Below, one piece after another: positions 20,201 through 31,050 of a stretch of 32,000 bases of DNA. How positions within the stretch are numbered: the stretch's first letter is position 1; each line of letters begins with the position of its first letter. The DNA is taken from NCBI RefSeq assembly GCF_000008385.1, contig NC_006833.1, forward strand, positions 210,001 through 242,000. Direction: 5' to 3'. The translations under genes and the position numbers were made by a program. Origin of the DNA: Wolbachia endosymbiont strain TRS of Brugia malayi (GTDB lineage Bacteria > Pseudomonadota > Alphaproteobacteria > Rickettsiales > Anaplasmataceae). Below the pieces are notes generated by a model that did no database searches, had not been told where the DNA came from, and worked only from the letters and a program-made list of their open reading frames with translations.

Positions 20201-20605
20201 AAGTTTTTATTCTAAACCTTAGAATATTATTCTACCACAAATATCGCAAAATATCAATAAGGCTCTTGAATAACCATGTTTTAATGTATGTAGAAAACCA
20301 TGACACTTATTGAGTGCTTGCAGCGTGTATGGCTTCTACGCAGTCAATATCAAGCAAAAAAATAACCAGACAAATTTCAACATAAAAAATACTTGACGAG
20401 TCTTGGTTACAGCATATTAACCTTAAGTTTTTGCAACTTTTGGGTCTTTATGGTAAAAAATGGTAATTATACATACAGGTATAAAGTATTAGTTGTATTA
20501 TCAAGGACAACGATCATAGATTTTTACCTGATAGTGAACAATTTCTAGTTTTAAATTAAGAAAATAATTGCTATATATACCAGGAAATATGCGTTAAACT
20601 TTATT

Positions 20606-23167
20606 ATGGACTTAAATAAATTTACCGAAAAAGCAAAAAGCCTAATTCAAAGTGCCCAAATGAAAGCATTGGGAACTGGGCATCAGGTTTTTATGCCTGA
20701 GCATTTACTAAAGGTGATGCTTGAGGATGAATCAGGTTTAGTTCAAGATTTAATAGGCGCTTGTGGTGGAAATGCGCAAAGTATTTCTGACGCTGTGAAT
20801 AATGCAATAAAAAAGTTTCCAATAGTCAAAGGTCCAGGAAGCAATAGCCTTCAACTCTCAAGAGAAGTAGCAAAAGTCTTTGAAGATTCAATTGGTATGG
20901 CTAGAAGGAACAAAGATTCATTTGTCACCGTTGAGCGTTTACTGCAGGGATTGACTGCACAAAAAAATGATACTGTAGGTAAAATTCTGGCAGAGAACGG
21001 CATCACACCACAAAAATTAAATTCAGTTATTACAGAAATGAGAAAAGGTAGCAGTGCAGATTCGCCTAACAGTGAGGAAAATTTAAACGCAGCGAAGAAA
21101 TATACAAAAGATGTTACGGAGCTTGCTATGCAAGGCAAGCTTGATCCCGTGATTGGTCGTGATGAAGAGATCAGAAGAACCATGCAAGTATCACTGAGGC
21201 GAACAAAGAATAACCCAGTGCTGATAGGTGAACCTGGTGTTGGAAAAACCGCGATAGTTGAAGGGCTTGCAAATAGAATTGTTGCAAATGACGTGCCACT
21301 TGGTTTACATGACGCAAAAGTTTTAGCCTTAGATCTTGGTGCATTAATTGCTGGGACAAAATTTAGAGGAGAGTTCGAGGAAAGACTAAAAGCTGTTATC
21401 AATGAGCTTGCAAAAGCAGAGGGAAAAATTATCTTGTTCATAGATGAGCTTCATACTTTAGTTGGAGCAGGAGCAACAAGTGGTGCAATGGATGCTTCAA
21501 ATCTGTTGAAGCCTGCTCTTGCACGCGGAGAAATTCGCTGCATAGGAGCCACAACTTTAGATGAGTATCGTGAACATATAGAAAAAGATCCTGCACTTGC
21601 AAGGCGTTTCCAACCTGTGTTTATTTCTCAACCAACTGAAACTGATACCGTCTCTATACTAAGAGGTTTGAAGGAAAGGTATGAAGTACATCATGGTATC
21701 AGAATCACAGATGGTGCAATAATCGCTGCCGCAATGTTATCCAATAGGTATATAACAGATAGATTTTTACCTGATAAAGCAATTGACTTGATTGATGAGG
21801 CGGCAAGCAGGGTGAGAATTGAAATGGATAGCAAACCTGAGATTATTGATGAACTTGAAAGAAAGATTGTACAGCTAAAAATTGAGTCAGAAGTTCTGAA
21901 AAAAGAACGTGATGAAAATTCTAAGCAGCGCCTAAAGAAGATAAATGAGGAAATCGAAAACCTAAACAGTAAATTTACTGACTTAAACAGTAAATGGCAA
22001 ATGGAAAAGAATAAAATAGCTAGAATACAAGAAACAGCTGAAAAACTAGATAATGCGAGAAAAGAGCTGGAGTTAGCTCAGCGCAGTGGAAAATTAGAAA
22101 AAGCAGGAGAACTGATGTATGGTGTAATTCCTCATCTTGAAAATGAATTAATGAATCAGGAGAAAGTTACCGATAGCTTCTTAAAAAAAGAAGTTACTGA
22201 AGATGATATTGCAAATATTGTTTCAAAGTGGACAGGAATTCCAGTTGATAATATGATGCACAGTGAAAAGGAAAAACTCCTTAGCATGGAAAATGAGATA
22301 GGAAAAAGGGTGATAGGACAAAAGGATGCAATAGAAGCAATAAGTAATGCAGTTAGACGCTCCCGCTCTGGTGTTCAGGATACTAATCGACCTTTTGGTT
22401 CATTCTTATTTTTGGGCCCAACCGGAGTTGGAAAAACGGAACTTGCGAAAGCCCTTGCTGAATTTCTGTTTGATGATCAATCAGCACTTCTGCGCTTTGA
22501 TATGTCAGAGTACATGGAAAAACATTCCGTTTCAAAGTTAATTGGTGCACCCCCAGGATATGTTGGCTATGAGCAAGGTGGAAGATTAACTGAAGCAGTA
22601 AGAAGAAGGCCATATCAGGTAATCTTGTTTGATGAAATAGAGAAAGCGAATCCAGATATATTTAATCTATTGCTGCAGATTTTGGATGAAGGCAGGCTCA
22701 CCGATAGCCATGGAAAATTAATTGATTTCCGTAATACTATACTAATTTTAACTTCCAACCTTGGCGCTGAGATAATGCTTAAAGGAGTTGCTGACTTTGT
22801 AAAAAGCGAAGTGATGCAAATAGTTAAATCAGCATTTCGTCCTGAATTTTTAAACAGACTTGACGAAATTATTATATTCCATAGTTTAACCAAGGACGAC
22901 ATTTATAAAATAATAGATGTTCAATTCCTCTATTTACAAAAAATAATTGTTAAGCGTAAGCTAAGTATAAGTTTATCGCAGGAAGCCAAAGAACTAATAG
23001 CACAAGCTGGCTACGATCCCGAATATGGGGTAAGACCACTAAAAAGGGTAATACAAGAATGCATTCAAAATAATCTAGCTAAGTTAGTTTTATCGGGAGA
23101 AGTAGCAGAAGGTGATAAATTAATAGTGTACGCTTTTAATAATGAAATCTTAGTTAAAAAGGTTTAA
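20606..23167 (+). CDS. clpB: ATP-dependent chaperone ClpB
   Basis: 853-aa ORF with two AAA+ modules ([30 protein letters not shown]), a coiled-coil middle domain and [17 protein letters not shown]. Confidence 0.98.
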   Translation: MDLNKFTEKAKSLIQSAQMKALGTGHQVFMPEHLLKVMLEDESGLVQDLIGACGGNAQSISDAVNNAIKKFPIVKGPGSNSLQLSREVAKVFEDSIGMARRNKDSFVTVERLLQGLTAQKNDTVGKILAENGITPQKLNSVITEMRKGSSADSPNSEENLNAAKKYTKDVTELAMQGKLDPVIGRDEEIRRTMQVSLRRTKNNPVLIGEPGVGKTAIVEGLANRIVANDVPLGLHDAKVLALDLGALIAGTKFRGEFEERLKAVINELAKAEGKIILFIDELHTLVGAGATSGAMDASNLLKPALARGEIRCIGATTLDEYREHIEKDPALARRFQPVFISQPTETDTVSILRGLKERYEVHHGIRITDGAIIAAAMLSNRYITDRFLPDKAIDLIDEAASRVRIEMDSKPEIIDELERKIVQLKIESEVLKKERDENSKQRLKKINEEIENLNSKFTDLNSKWQMEKNKIARIQETAEKLDNARKELELAQRSGKLEKAGELMYGVIPHLENELMNQEKVTDSFLKKEVTEDDIANIVSKWTGIPVDNMMHSEKEKLLSMENEIGKRVIGQKDAIEAISNAVRRSRSGVQDTNRPFGSFLFLGPTGVGKTELAKALAEFLFDDQSALLRFDMSEYMEKHSVSKLIGAPPGYVGYEQGGRLTEAVRRRPYQVILFDEIEKANPDIFNLLLQILDEGRLTDSHGKLIDFRNTILILTSNLGAEIMLKGVADFVKSEVMQIVKSAFRPEFLNRLDEIIIFHSLTKDDIYKIIDVQFLYLQKIIVKRKLSISLSQEAKELIAQAGYDPEYGVRPLKRVIQECIQNNLAKLVLSGEVAEGDKLIVYAFNNEILVKKV

Positions 23168-23193
23168 GTTCACTGTGTATTTACGTTAAAAAA

Positions 23194-26100
23194 ATGTGTG
23201 TAGATTATAACGTTAACACTGAGTCTTTATTTAAGCTAGTTAATCAAGAAAACCAGAAAGAAAAGGCAAAAATTAAAGAATTTATCAGATACTTTTATAA
23301 TTTTGTTTATAATAGTGACTTAAAGATCAATGATAAATTCCTTTTATACGTCGTAGAAGATGCATATAACTTCATTTTCAAAAAAGAAAAAGAAGAAAGC
23401 AAATTGATGGTAAGTAATGTAAATGACATACCGGGAATAGAAGGCGATTTTACTACAATTAAGATAATAAATAACGATATGCCTTTCTTGGTTGACTCTG
23501 TTATTGCTACCATCAAGTCGCACGACCTAACCATATGTTACTATAGTAATAGTGTAATTAATATCCAAAGAAAAAGTGGCCTTATCAACGAGATTTGTAA
23601 TTTGGAAGAGAATAATGGTACCAAGGAGTCAGTGATATATGTAATTATTAAAGGCATAAGTAATAGTTTTGTTGATACACTAAGAAAGTCCCTGCAAAAA
23701 ACATTAAAGGCAGTCAATTATGTTGTAAAAGACTGGCCATTGATGCTCAAGAGGCTTGATGAGGCAAAAGATCTTCTTTCCATTGCCCAAGCAGTTGACA
23801 CTGAGATCCAACCAGCACCCTACACTGGAATGATATCAGGTAGAGATTTTCTGGTATGGCTGAAAAATAATAACTTCGTATTTTTAGGTTATCAAGAACG
23901 TATTGCCGACAAAGATGGAAAGCTTGTTCCTAATGATGAAGAAAATCTTGGGTTAATGAAAGCAAGCAGAGAGTATCAGAACTCATCGATTTCCTCTAAG
24001 GGCTTATATCCTTTATATATATTAAGATCAGATCTAACCTCAATAGTTCATAGGCGTACATACATGAATTGTATAGGTGTAAAAGAATCTAATAAGCAAG
24101 GTGATGTAGTAAAGGAACGGCATTTTTTCGGGTTATTCACTTCTGTAGCAGAGGTTCAAGACATTCGAACTATTCCATTAATAAAGGATAAAGTTAAAAC
24201 AATAGAAAAGAGAGCAGGGTTTTTACCTGGTGGCCACAACAATAAAGCTTTAATTTCTATTTTACAAGCATTCTCCTGTGGTGAGCTATTCCAATCAAAT
24301 GAAGATGAGTTATTTAAGGTTTGTATTTCAATTATGTCTCTTGCAATTAGGCCAAGAGTCAAATTATTTTTAAGAAAGGTAGGAGACTTTATTAGTTGCA
24401 TAGTGCTGATACCGATGCGTTATGCAAGTGCAAGGTTAATGTTCAAGATACGCGATATATTAAAGGATGAAATAAACGCAGCAAGTTCAGATATTTACAA
24501 CAATCACATTATCAATGAATATGATTTAATGAAGTTGCACGTAGTGCTAAAGGTTAAGGATGCTCGTGTTTTTGACGATGAAGTTTTGTGCATCGAAAAC
24601 AAATTAAGAAATATTACGGAAAAATGGGAAGACCGTTTTATAGATAATTTATATAACACTCTTAGCACCGTTGAAGATATATTCATCCTTTATTGCAAGG
24701 CATTTCCGATAAGCTATCAAGAGAGTTTTGAACCTCACGATGCATATTATGATATGAAAAAATTGGAAATAGTGAGGAAGAAAGGAGCTAGTGAAGTTGA
24801 TTTAAGGCTTACTCGTGATAATCTCAATTACCAATTAAAAGTTTACACTCCGGGTAATGGAGGCCTTGAATTGTCGAAGATATTAAGAATCACTAAGAAT
24901 TTGGGAGCAAAGATTCTATCCCATAATGGTTATTATATAGAAATCAATGGTGGAATATGGATACACCATTTTGTGTTGTCAAGAGTCGACAAATTGATAG
25001 ACAACATTACTCTAAAAGAACAATTTGAAATAACGCTTGCGAAAGTGTTTAGAATGGAAATTAAAAATGATCATTTCAACAGCTTAATCATTATTGCTGG
25101 TCTGGAATGGAAAGAAGTGCTTTTAGTGAGAGCGCTAAGTGCTTACCTAAAGCAGATGTCATTTAACTATAACCCAGAATATATTCAAAAAGTAGTCTCA
25201 GAATATCCAAAAATAGTAAAGTATTTGATACAGCTATTTCATGTAAGATTTGATCCTAGCATAGACATTGATAGAGCAGAAACTACAGACATTTTCAGAG
25301 AAAAAATCGAGGAACTCTTAAAAGAGATCAGTAACGTTTCACATGATTACGTTCTGCGCTCAATATTTAACTTGATAATGGCTATTTTAAGGACCAGTTA
25401 CTATCAAGACGATAAACCCCGCTTATCTATAAAATTTGATTCAAGTAAAATAAATGGTCTGCCCGATCCGCGTCCATACCGCGAATTGTATGTTTATTCA
25501 AACCTTTTTGAGGGAATACATTTAAGAGGAGGGAAATTAGCACGTGGCGGTTTAAGATGGTCAGATAGGACAGAAGATTTTCGTACTGAAGTTTTAGGCC
25601 TTATGAAGGCTCAGATGACGAAAAATGCAGTCATTGTCCCTGTCGGTGCAAAGGGTGGATTTGTAATAAAGAAAGTGTATAGAGATAAAGATATCTTAAG
25701 AGAGAAAGGCGTTGAGTGCTATAGGGATTTTATCAGAGGCATGCTTGCTATTACTGATAACATAGTTGATGGTAAAATAATTCCACCAGAAAACGTAGTT
25801 AGATATGACGAAGATGACCCATATTTAGTAGTTGCGGCGGATAAAGGCACTGCCTCATTTTCTGACTATGCTAACCAGATAGCCCATGAGTATAATTTTT
25901 GGCTTGGTGATGCATTTGCATCCGGTGGATCAGCAGGTTATGACCACAAAAAGATGGGTATTACGGCTAGGGGAGCGTGGATTGCAGCACAGAGGCACTT
26001 TTGGAAGATGAATAAGGACATTTATCAGAATGTAGCTGTTGTTGGAATTGGAGACATGGCTGGTGACCTATTTGGGAATGGTATGCTGCTTTCAAAAAAT

Positions 26101-27927
26101 ATACGTTTAATCGGTGCATTTAACCATATGCATATTTTTGTTGATCCAAATCCTAGTGCAGAAAAGAGTTTTGCAGAACGTAAACGCCTTTTTGAGTTAC
26201 CATTTTCAACTTGGATGGACTATAACAAAGATCTGATTTCCCAGGGCGGGGGAGTATTCGAACGCAGCAGCAAGCAAGTAAATGTCTCTCAAGAAATGAA
26301 AAAGTGCTTTGATATAATGGAAGATACGTTATCTCCGAGTGATTTGATTCGATATCTGTTGAAAGCAAAAGTGGATTTCATATGGAACGGAGGAATTGGT
26401 ACTTTTGTTAAAGCAAGGAGTGAAAGCCACGATATGGTTGGTGATAAAGCAAATGATGAATTAAGGGTGAATGGTGAGAACATTAGAGCTTCTATGTTTA
26501 TAGAAGGTGGTAATCTTGGTTGCACGCAGCTTGGAAGAATAGAATATGCTGAAAGAGGCGGATATATTAATGCAGATTTTGTTGATAATTCAGCAGGAGT
26601 AATATGTTCTGACCTTGAAGTTAATATCAAAATCGCATTCGTCTCAGTTATGAAGGGAGGTAGTATTTCTTTGGAAAAAAGGAATGAAATACTGGCTAGC
26701 ATGGTGGATGAAGTTGCATCTAAGGTACTTGAAGACCATAACAGAATTGAAACAAAAGCATTACTTTTTGAGTGTTTGCAAGCTAAAGAGAGGTTGGAGC
26801 AGCACCACAGGTTACTACTCAGTTTGGAAAAATCTGGACTATTAAACCGAAGTGTAGAGTTTCTTCCAACAGATGAGGAAATAGCAAGAATGTTAACTGG
26901 AGCGGGAGGTTTTAGCTCTCCCCAGCTTTCCGTTTTAATGTCCTATTCTAGAACAGCAATAAAAAATGAAATTATACATTCTGACTTGCCTGAAAAAGAT
27001 TTCTTGTGCCACGATTACTTATTAAATTACTTTCCACAAAAGATGGTAACGGAGTTCAAGGATTTCATATTAAAACACCAACTTCGCAGAGAAATCATTT
27101 CCACTTGTATTGTAAATGATGTAGTGAATAGAATGGGATGTATATTCATTAATAATCTAGTTGAAAGTACTGGAATTAAAGTGTATGAAGCGGTAAATGT
27201 GTATATTGTTGTTAACCACTTATATGGTTTAAATAGCCTATGGCAAGAAATTGATAAACTGGATGGAAAGATTAATATTGACTCATACTTGCAAATAGTG
27301 AGAAATGTACAGAAATTTATTGGTAGAGTATCATTTTGGTTAGTAAAAAACCTCGGCAAACTTAGCTTTGTAGAGCTAGATGATGTTACAAAATTTAAAG
27401 ATGCAATTGAAACTTTAGGCCAGAATTTAACTGACGTTCTAGACGAACATCTATTAAAAACCTATAACCATGGATCTTCTTTTTTAGTAGAGCTCAATAT
27501 AAATAAAGATCTAGCAAGAAAAGTTGCTGACCTATGCGTTCTTGCTTACGCACTAGATGTTATATCCATTGCTGAGCAAACGTCCTTATCTATCCTTGAC
27601 GCCGGTAAAATATACTTTGAGTTAAAATCGCTGCTGAGGTTCGATCTGATTAGGACAATTGCTATTAAGATAAAAAGTTATTCTTCTTATTGGGATCGTA
27701 GTTTAATTAACGATTTATTGGATGATTTAAGCAATTACCACTATAAGCTAGCTGTCAAAGTTATAAGGGCAACTGATAATTACGAAAATAAGGTTCAAAC
27801 CTGGGCTTGCAATGATAAGGATTACATAGAACGTTACAACAGTTTTTTAGATGAAATGATTGCTTCCAAACTTGATTTAAGCAAATTAATATTTATAATT
27901 AGAAGAATTAAAGTACTTGCCTTATAG
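23194..27927 (+). CDS. NAD-specific (large-type) glutamate dehydrogenase
   Basis: 1577-aa ORF including ARGGLRWSDRTEDFRTEVLGLMKAQMTKNAVIVPVGAKGGFV, RYDEDDPYLVVAADKGTASFSDYAN, ASGGSAGYDHKKMGITARGAWI, VVGIGDMAGDLFGNGML. Confidence 0.96.
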   Translation: MCVDYNVNTESLFKLVNQENQKEKAKIKEFIRYFYNFVYNSDLKINDKFLLYVVEDAYNFIFKKEKEESKLMVSNVNDIPGIEGDFTTIKIINNDMPFLVDSVIATIKSHDLTICYYSNSVINIQRKSGLINEICNLEENNGTKESVIYVIIKGISNSFVDTLRKSLQKTLKAVNYVVKDWPLMLKRLDEAKDLLSIAQAVDTEIQPAPYTGMISGRDFLVWLKNNNFVFLGYQERIADKDGKLVPNDEENLGLMKASREYQNSSISSKGLYPLYILRSDLTSIVHRRTYMNCIGVKESNKQGDVVKERHFFGLFTSVAEVQDIRTIPLIKDKVKTIEKRAGFLPGGHNNKALISILQAFSCGELFQSNEDELFKVCISIMSLAIRPRVKLFLRKVGDFISCIVLIPMRYASARLMFKIRDILKDEINAASSDIYNNHIINEYDLMKLHVVLKVKDARVFDDEVLCIENKLRNITEKWEDRFIDNLYNTLSTVEDIFILYCKAFPISYQESFEPHDAYYDMKKLEIVRKKGASEVDLRLTRDNLNYQLKVYTPGNGGLELSKILRITKNLGAKILSHNGYYIEINGGIWIHHFVLSRVDKLIDNITLKEQFEITLAKVFRMEIKNDHFNSLIIIAGLEWKEVLLVRALSAYLKQMSFNYNPEYIQKVVSEYPKIVKYLIQLFHVRFDPSIDIDRAETTDIFREKIEELLKEISNVSHDYVLRSIFNLIMAILRTSYYQDDKPRLSIKFDSSKINGLPDPRPYRELYVYSNLFEGIHLRGGKLARGGLRWSDRTEDFRTEVLGLMKAQMTKNAVIVPVGAKGGFVIKKVYRDKDILREKGVECYRDFIRGMLAITDNIVDGKIIPPENVVRYDEDDPYLVVAADKGTASFSDYANQIAHEYNFWLGDAFASGGSAGYDHKKMGITARGAWIAAQRHFWKMNKDIYQNVAVVGIGDMAGDLFGNGMLLSKNIRLIGAFNHMHIFVDPNPSAEKSFAERKRLFELPFSTWMDYNKDLISQGGGVFERSSKQVNVSQEMKKCFDIMEDTLSPSDLIRYLLKAKVDFIWNGGIGTFVKARSESHDMVGDKANDELRVNGENIRASMFIEGGNLGCTQLGRIEYAERGGYINADFVDNSAGVICSDLEVNIKIAFVSVMKGGSISLEKRNEILASMVDEVASKVLEDHNRIETKALLFECLQAKERLEQHHRLLLSLEKSGLLNRSVEFLPTDEEIARMLTGAGGFSSPQLSVLMSYSRTAIKNEIIHSDLPEKDFLCHDYLLNYFPQKMVTEFKDFILKHQLRREIISTCIVNDVVNRMGCIFINNLVESTGIKVYEAVNVYIVVNHLYGLNSLWQEIDKLDGKINIDSYLQIVRNVQKFIGRVSFWLVKNLGKLSFVELDDVTKFKDAIETLGQNLTDVLDEHLLKTYNHGSSFLVELNINKDLARKVADLCVLAYALDVISIAEQTSLSILDAGKIYFELKSLLRFDLIRTIAIKIKSYSSYWDRSLINDLLDDLSNYHYKLAVKVIRATDNYENKVQTWACNDKDYIERYNSFLDEMIASKLDLSKLIFIIRRIKVLAL

Positions 27928-27932
27928 GAAAA

Positions 27933-28241
27933 ATGTTTAGTATAGGTCTTTCAGAAATTTTAGTTGTAGTTTTAGTTAGTATAATTGTTCTTGATAAAAA
28001 TAAGGTACCTGTATTCATTGACCTTATTAAGAATATATATAGGTATCTTACGATCATAAAATCAAAAGCTAGAAGATTATTGAAAGATGCTGGAATTGAA
28101 GAGTTATATAAAGAGTATAACACCGAGAAAGTAAATTACATAATTGGTAAAGATGGTAAACTTTATCCTACTTACAATATAGATAATACGCCTAAAGATA
28201 ATGACAGCGAGGATTCTAGTAGTAGACGACGTGCCATCTAA
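27933..28241 (+). CDS. Sec-independent translocase TatA/TatB-like protein
   Basis: 102-aa ORF MFSIGLSEILVVVLVSIIVLDKNKVPVFIDLIKNIYRYL..., an N-terminal transmembrane segment followed by an amphipathic helix and polar tail. Confidence 0.7.
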   Translation: MFSIGLSEILVVVLVSIIVLDKNKVPVFIDLIKNIYRYLTIIKSKARRLLKDAGIEELYKEYNTEKVNYIIGKDGKLYPTYNIDNTPKDNDSEDSSSRRRAI

Positions 28242-29577
28242 TGTTAAGCTTTTAGAAGCTCGACTAAAAGCAGAGTACTACACGGTTATTGTAGCTCATG
28301 ATAGTGAAGAAGCTATAGATTTAGTGGCAAAGCAACAGCCTGATATTATATTACTCGATATCATGATGCCAAAAATAAACGGCTTTAAAGTTTGTAAGAA
28401 CTTAAAGAGCACCCCCCTGACAACCCATATTCCAATAATTATGGTGACTGCGCTGCATGACACTCACGATAGAGTGCAAGGCATTAACGCCGGCGCAGAT
28501 GATTTTCTAACTAAACCAATAGATGAAACTGCCTTATCTGCGAGAATTAAGTCTCTCACACGCCTAAAGATGGTTATAGATGAACTACGTTTAAGAGGAG
28601 AAACTAATGCTGAGATTTGTGGGGTAGCAGGAAGCAGTATTATGGATTATTCTAATCAGATCTTTGACTCTAATATACTTGTTGTAGATGAGGATATCTT
28701 TCAAGCAGAGCAGATACATAATGTACTAAAGCAACGCTTTAAGTTAATTAACATACTGAACGATCCAATGGAGGCATTGAAGGTTGGTATTGAGGATAAC
28801 TATGATCTAATTATCTCTGACATGCAATTTTCAGAAACTGATGGCCTACGCTTATGTTCTGAGTTTCGTAGTAAAGTAGAAACACGCTATACACCAATTC
28901 TAATCCTTTCTGAAGATTATAATAAAAACAACTTAGTAAAAGCACTTGACGTAGGAGCTAATGATTACTTAACAGTGCCCCTGGATGAAAGTGAATTAAT
29001 AGCAAGAGTCAATTTACAAGTGAAACGCAAGAGATATCAAGATGCTTTGAGAATGAATCTATTCAACAATGCAGAAATGTCTATAAAGGATCCACTTACT
29101 AACTGTTACAACAGAAGATATTTTGATACACACTTAAGAAACATTATTAAAGACTCTGTAGAAAAAAATAGAAGATTATCTCTTATGATACTAGATATAG
29201 ACTATTTTAAGATAGTAAATGACGATTTTGGACATAGTGCCGGAGATGAACTTTTAAAGCAGATACAGAAGAGAATTTCTGAAAATATCAGAGTGACAGA
29301 CTTGTTAGCTAGGTTTGGCGGTGAGGAATTTGTTGTTGTAATGCCAGATACCAATATATCAGATGCATACATTGTTGCAGAAAGGATACGCGAAATTATT
29401 GCTACAGAACCTTTTATACTCTCGGATAAAAACACAACACACAATGTGACTGTAAGCATTGGGGTTGTAGAAATGCAAGAATCTGATCTTGATAATATTG
29501 AAAAATTTATAGTACGTGCTGATAGATATTTATATAAAGCAAAAAATAGTGGCAGAAATAGGGTGGTTACTAGCTAA
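28201..29577 (+). CDS. pleD: PleD-type response regulator / diguanylate cyclase (REC-REC-GGDEF)
   Basis: MTARILVVDDVPSNVKLLEARLKAEYYTV, PDIILLDIMMPKINGFKVCKNLK, second receiver-like domain, C-terminal RVTDLLARFGGEEFVVVMPDT (I-site RxxD and GGEEF). Confidence 0.95.
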   Translation: MTARILVVDDVPSNVKLLEARLKAEYYTVIVAHDSEEAIDLVAKQQPDIILLDIMMPKINGFKVCKNLKSTPLTTHIPIIMVTALHDTHDRVQGINAGADDFLTKPIDETALSARIKSLTRLKMVIDELRLRGETNAEICGVAGSSIMDYSNQIFDSNILVVDEDIFQAEQIHNVLKQRFKLINILNDPMEALKVGIEDNYDLIISDMQFSETDGLRLCSEFRSKVETRYTPILILSEDYNKNNLVKALDVGANDYLTVPLDESELIARVNLQVKRKRYQDALRMNLFNNAEMSIKDPLTNCYNRRYFDTHLRNIIKDSVEKNRRLSLMILDIDYFKIVNDDFGHSAGDELLKQIQKRISENIRVTDLLARFGGEEFVVVMPDTNISDAYIVAERIREIIATEPFILSDKNTTHNVTVSIGVVEMQESDLDNIEKFIVRADRYLYKAKNSGRNRVVTS

Positions 29578-29678
29578 CTAGGAGTGCGATGTCATAGAAT
29601 TACCATTAACGAAATTTACAATAGGCTTCTTGCAAACCATACAATTTTTGCCTGGCCATCATTTAGGTAAGCCGAAAA

Positions 29679-30155
29679 AACTACTTGACAAACCTCGCTA
29701 GCCCCCTTATCCCGATACTGGAGGTATTAAGTTACCTTCAATCTGTGCAGATTAAAATAATAAAGTGTTATATAGTTAGCATCTTATGTTTAATTTTTTG
29801 CACTATATGTACCTTATGTCTTCACAATATTTCTAATTTTTTACCTATATAAGTTGAAACTCGCTTATAAAGCGTTTAGGACAGTATAATATACTAATTT
29901 GCAGGATTAGAGAGTAAATACTATCACCATAATATATCTTTTGCCTTTTTTTTGCCTAGTAAATTTCTAAAACATTTATGACTAAAGGTTAGTTGCAATA
30001 AAAAACAACTAAGTCGCGATTACTAAGTATTTAAAACATAAAAAAACGCTAGTGTTTTTAAATAGATATTAACTAGGGCTTCTTTTGTCTTTTTCTTACT
30101 TGGTGGATTTCTTAAATATTTGTAGCTGAAGCGATTCAAGAGCACGCGACTTAAT
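29679..30155 (+). repeat. Dispersed intergenic repeat, copy D
   Basis: CTACTTGACAAACCTCGCTAGCCCCCTTATC, TTATGTTTAATTTTTTGCACTATATGTACCTTATGTCTT, TTTTTACCTATATAAGTTGAAACTCGCTTATAAAGCGTTTAGGACAGTATA, GGATTAGAGAGTAAATACTATC, GGGCTTCTTTTGTCTTTTTCTTACTTGG. Confidence 0.85.
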
Positions 30156-30458
30156 GTCAAGCCTTTAGTTCAAGTTATGCAAGAGACCTATTTATAATGG
30201 AGATTAAATTATGGAAGTACAGAGTTACAAACGACATAAATCCATAACAGGAGCAGAAGTTGCTGTAGGTATTAGCTCTTGGTTATATTAAATTTCATTG
30301 AGAAAGATAGGCATCTTATAAAAGCTTACAACAAAAATTTCATATAGTTATTACTATAGATAGCTATCTTATAAATAAGTAAAAAAAGGTTATGAAAAAT
30401 AATAGACTATTATAAAATCTTATGGTAAGGTATATATTTATTTATATAAGAGAGCAAT

Positions 30459-30944
30459 ATGAGCAACTCTAATGATAGCGATGATAAGAAGCATTCTGAT
30501 TCTTTAGGCTACAAAGTAGGATAAAGAGTGAAATATTGGAGCGAGGATATACTCAGAAGGATTTAGCAAAAAAGATCGGGGTAAAATACTGGAATAATAA
30601 TTCAACATGAGAAAGGAAAGCGCAGAATACCAATTGAAAGGTTATATGACATAGCAGAGATGTTGTCAGTAAGTATTATGGATCTAATCCCTATACAAAG
30701 AGGGCCAAAAAATTGGCTTAAAGACAAAGGAGAAGAAATATTAAATCTAGTAAGAAATTATAAAAAGATTAGTGATCAAAAATTACGTAAGATATTTTAT
30801 TTGTTAATTAAATCTGCCCAGCTTAGTAAAAAAAGTAGTAGAAAAGTAGAGATAATAGAAATAGCCAAGAATCTGTTCAAAGCAGGAATTTCTATTAACA
30901 TTATCTCCCAAATAACTGGCTTATCAACTGATAGAATTGCATGA
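30459..30944 (+). pseudogene. XRE-family transcriptional regulator, disrupted in the N-terminal HTH
   Basis: MSNSNDSDDKKHSDSLGYKVG*, then shifted frames covering YTQKDLAKKIGV and IIQHEKGKRRIPIERLYDIAEMLSVSIMDLIP, then the open frame 30660-30944 ending with helix-like AKNLFKAGISINIISQITGLS. Confidence 0.7.
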
Positions 30945-31050
30945 CTTGAAGTGTTTAACTGTAAAGAAACAAAATTTAGTATGATCCAACCACGGAATAA
31001 ACTAGTGAATCTTTTGAAAAGTATATAAAATTCAAGTTTGAGTAAAGAAT

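Noticed and set aside
20851-21441. 196-aa ORF on the minus strand inside clpB
   Set aside because: Fully antisense to a strongly supported chaperone gene; composition is typical of the shadow of a conserved coding frame, with no recognisable domain.
26289-26702. 137-aa and other antisense ORFs within the glutamate dehydrogenase gene
   Set aside because: Antisense to a conserved 1577-aa coding sequence, with no independent evidence such as motifs.
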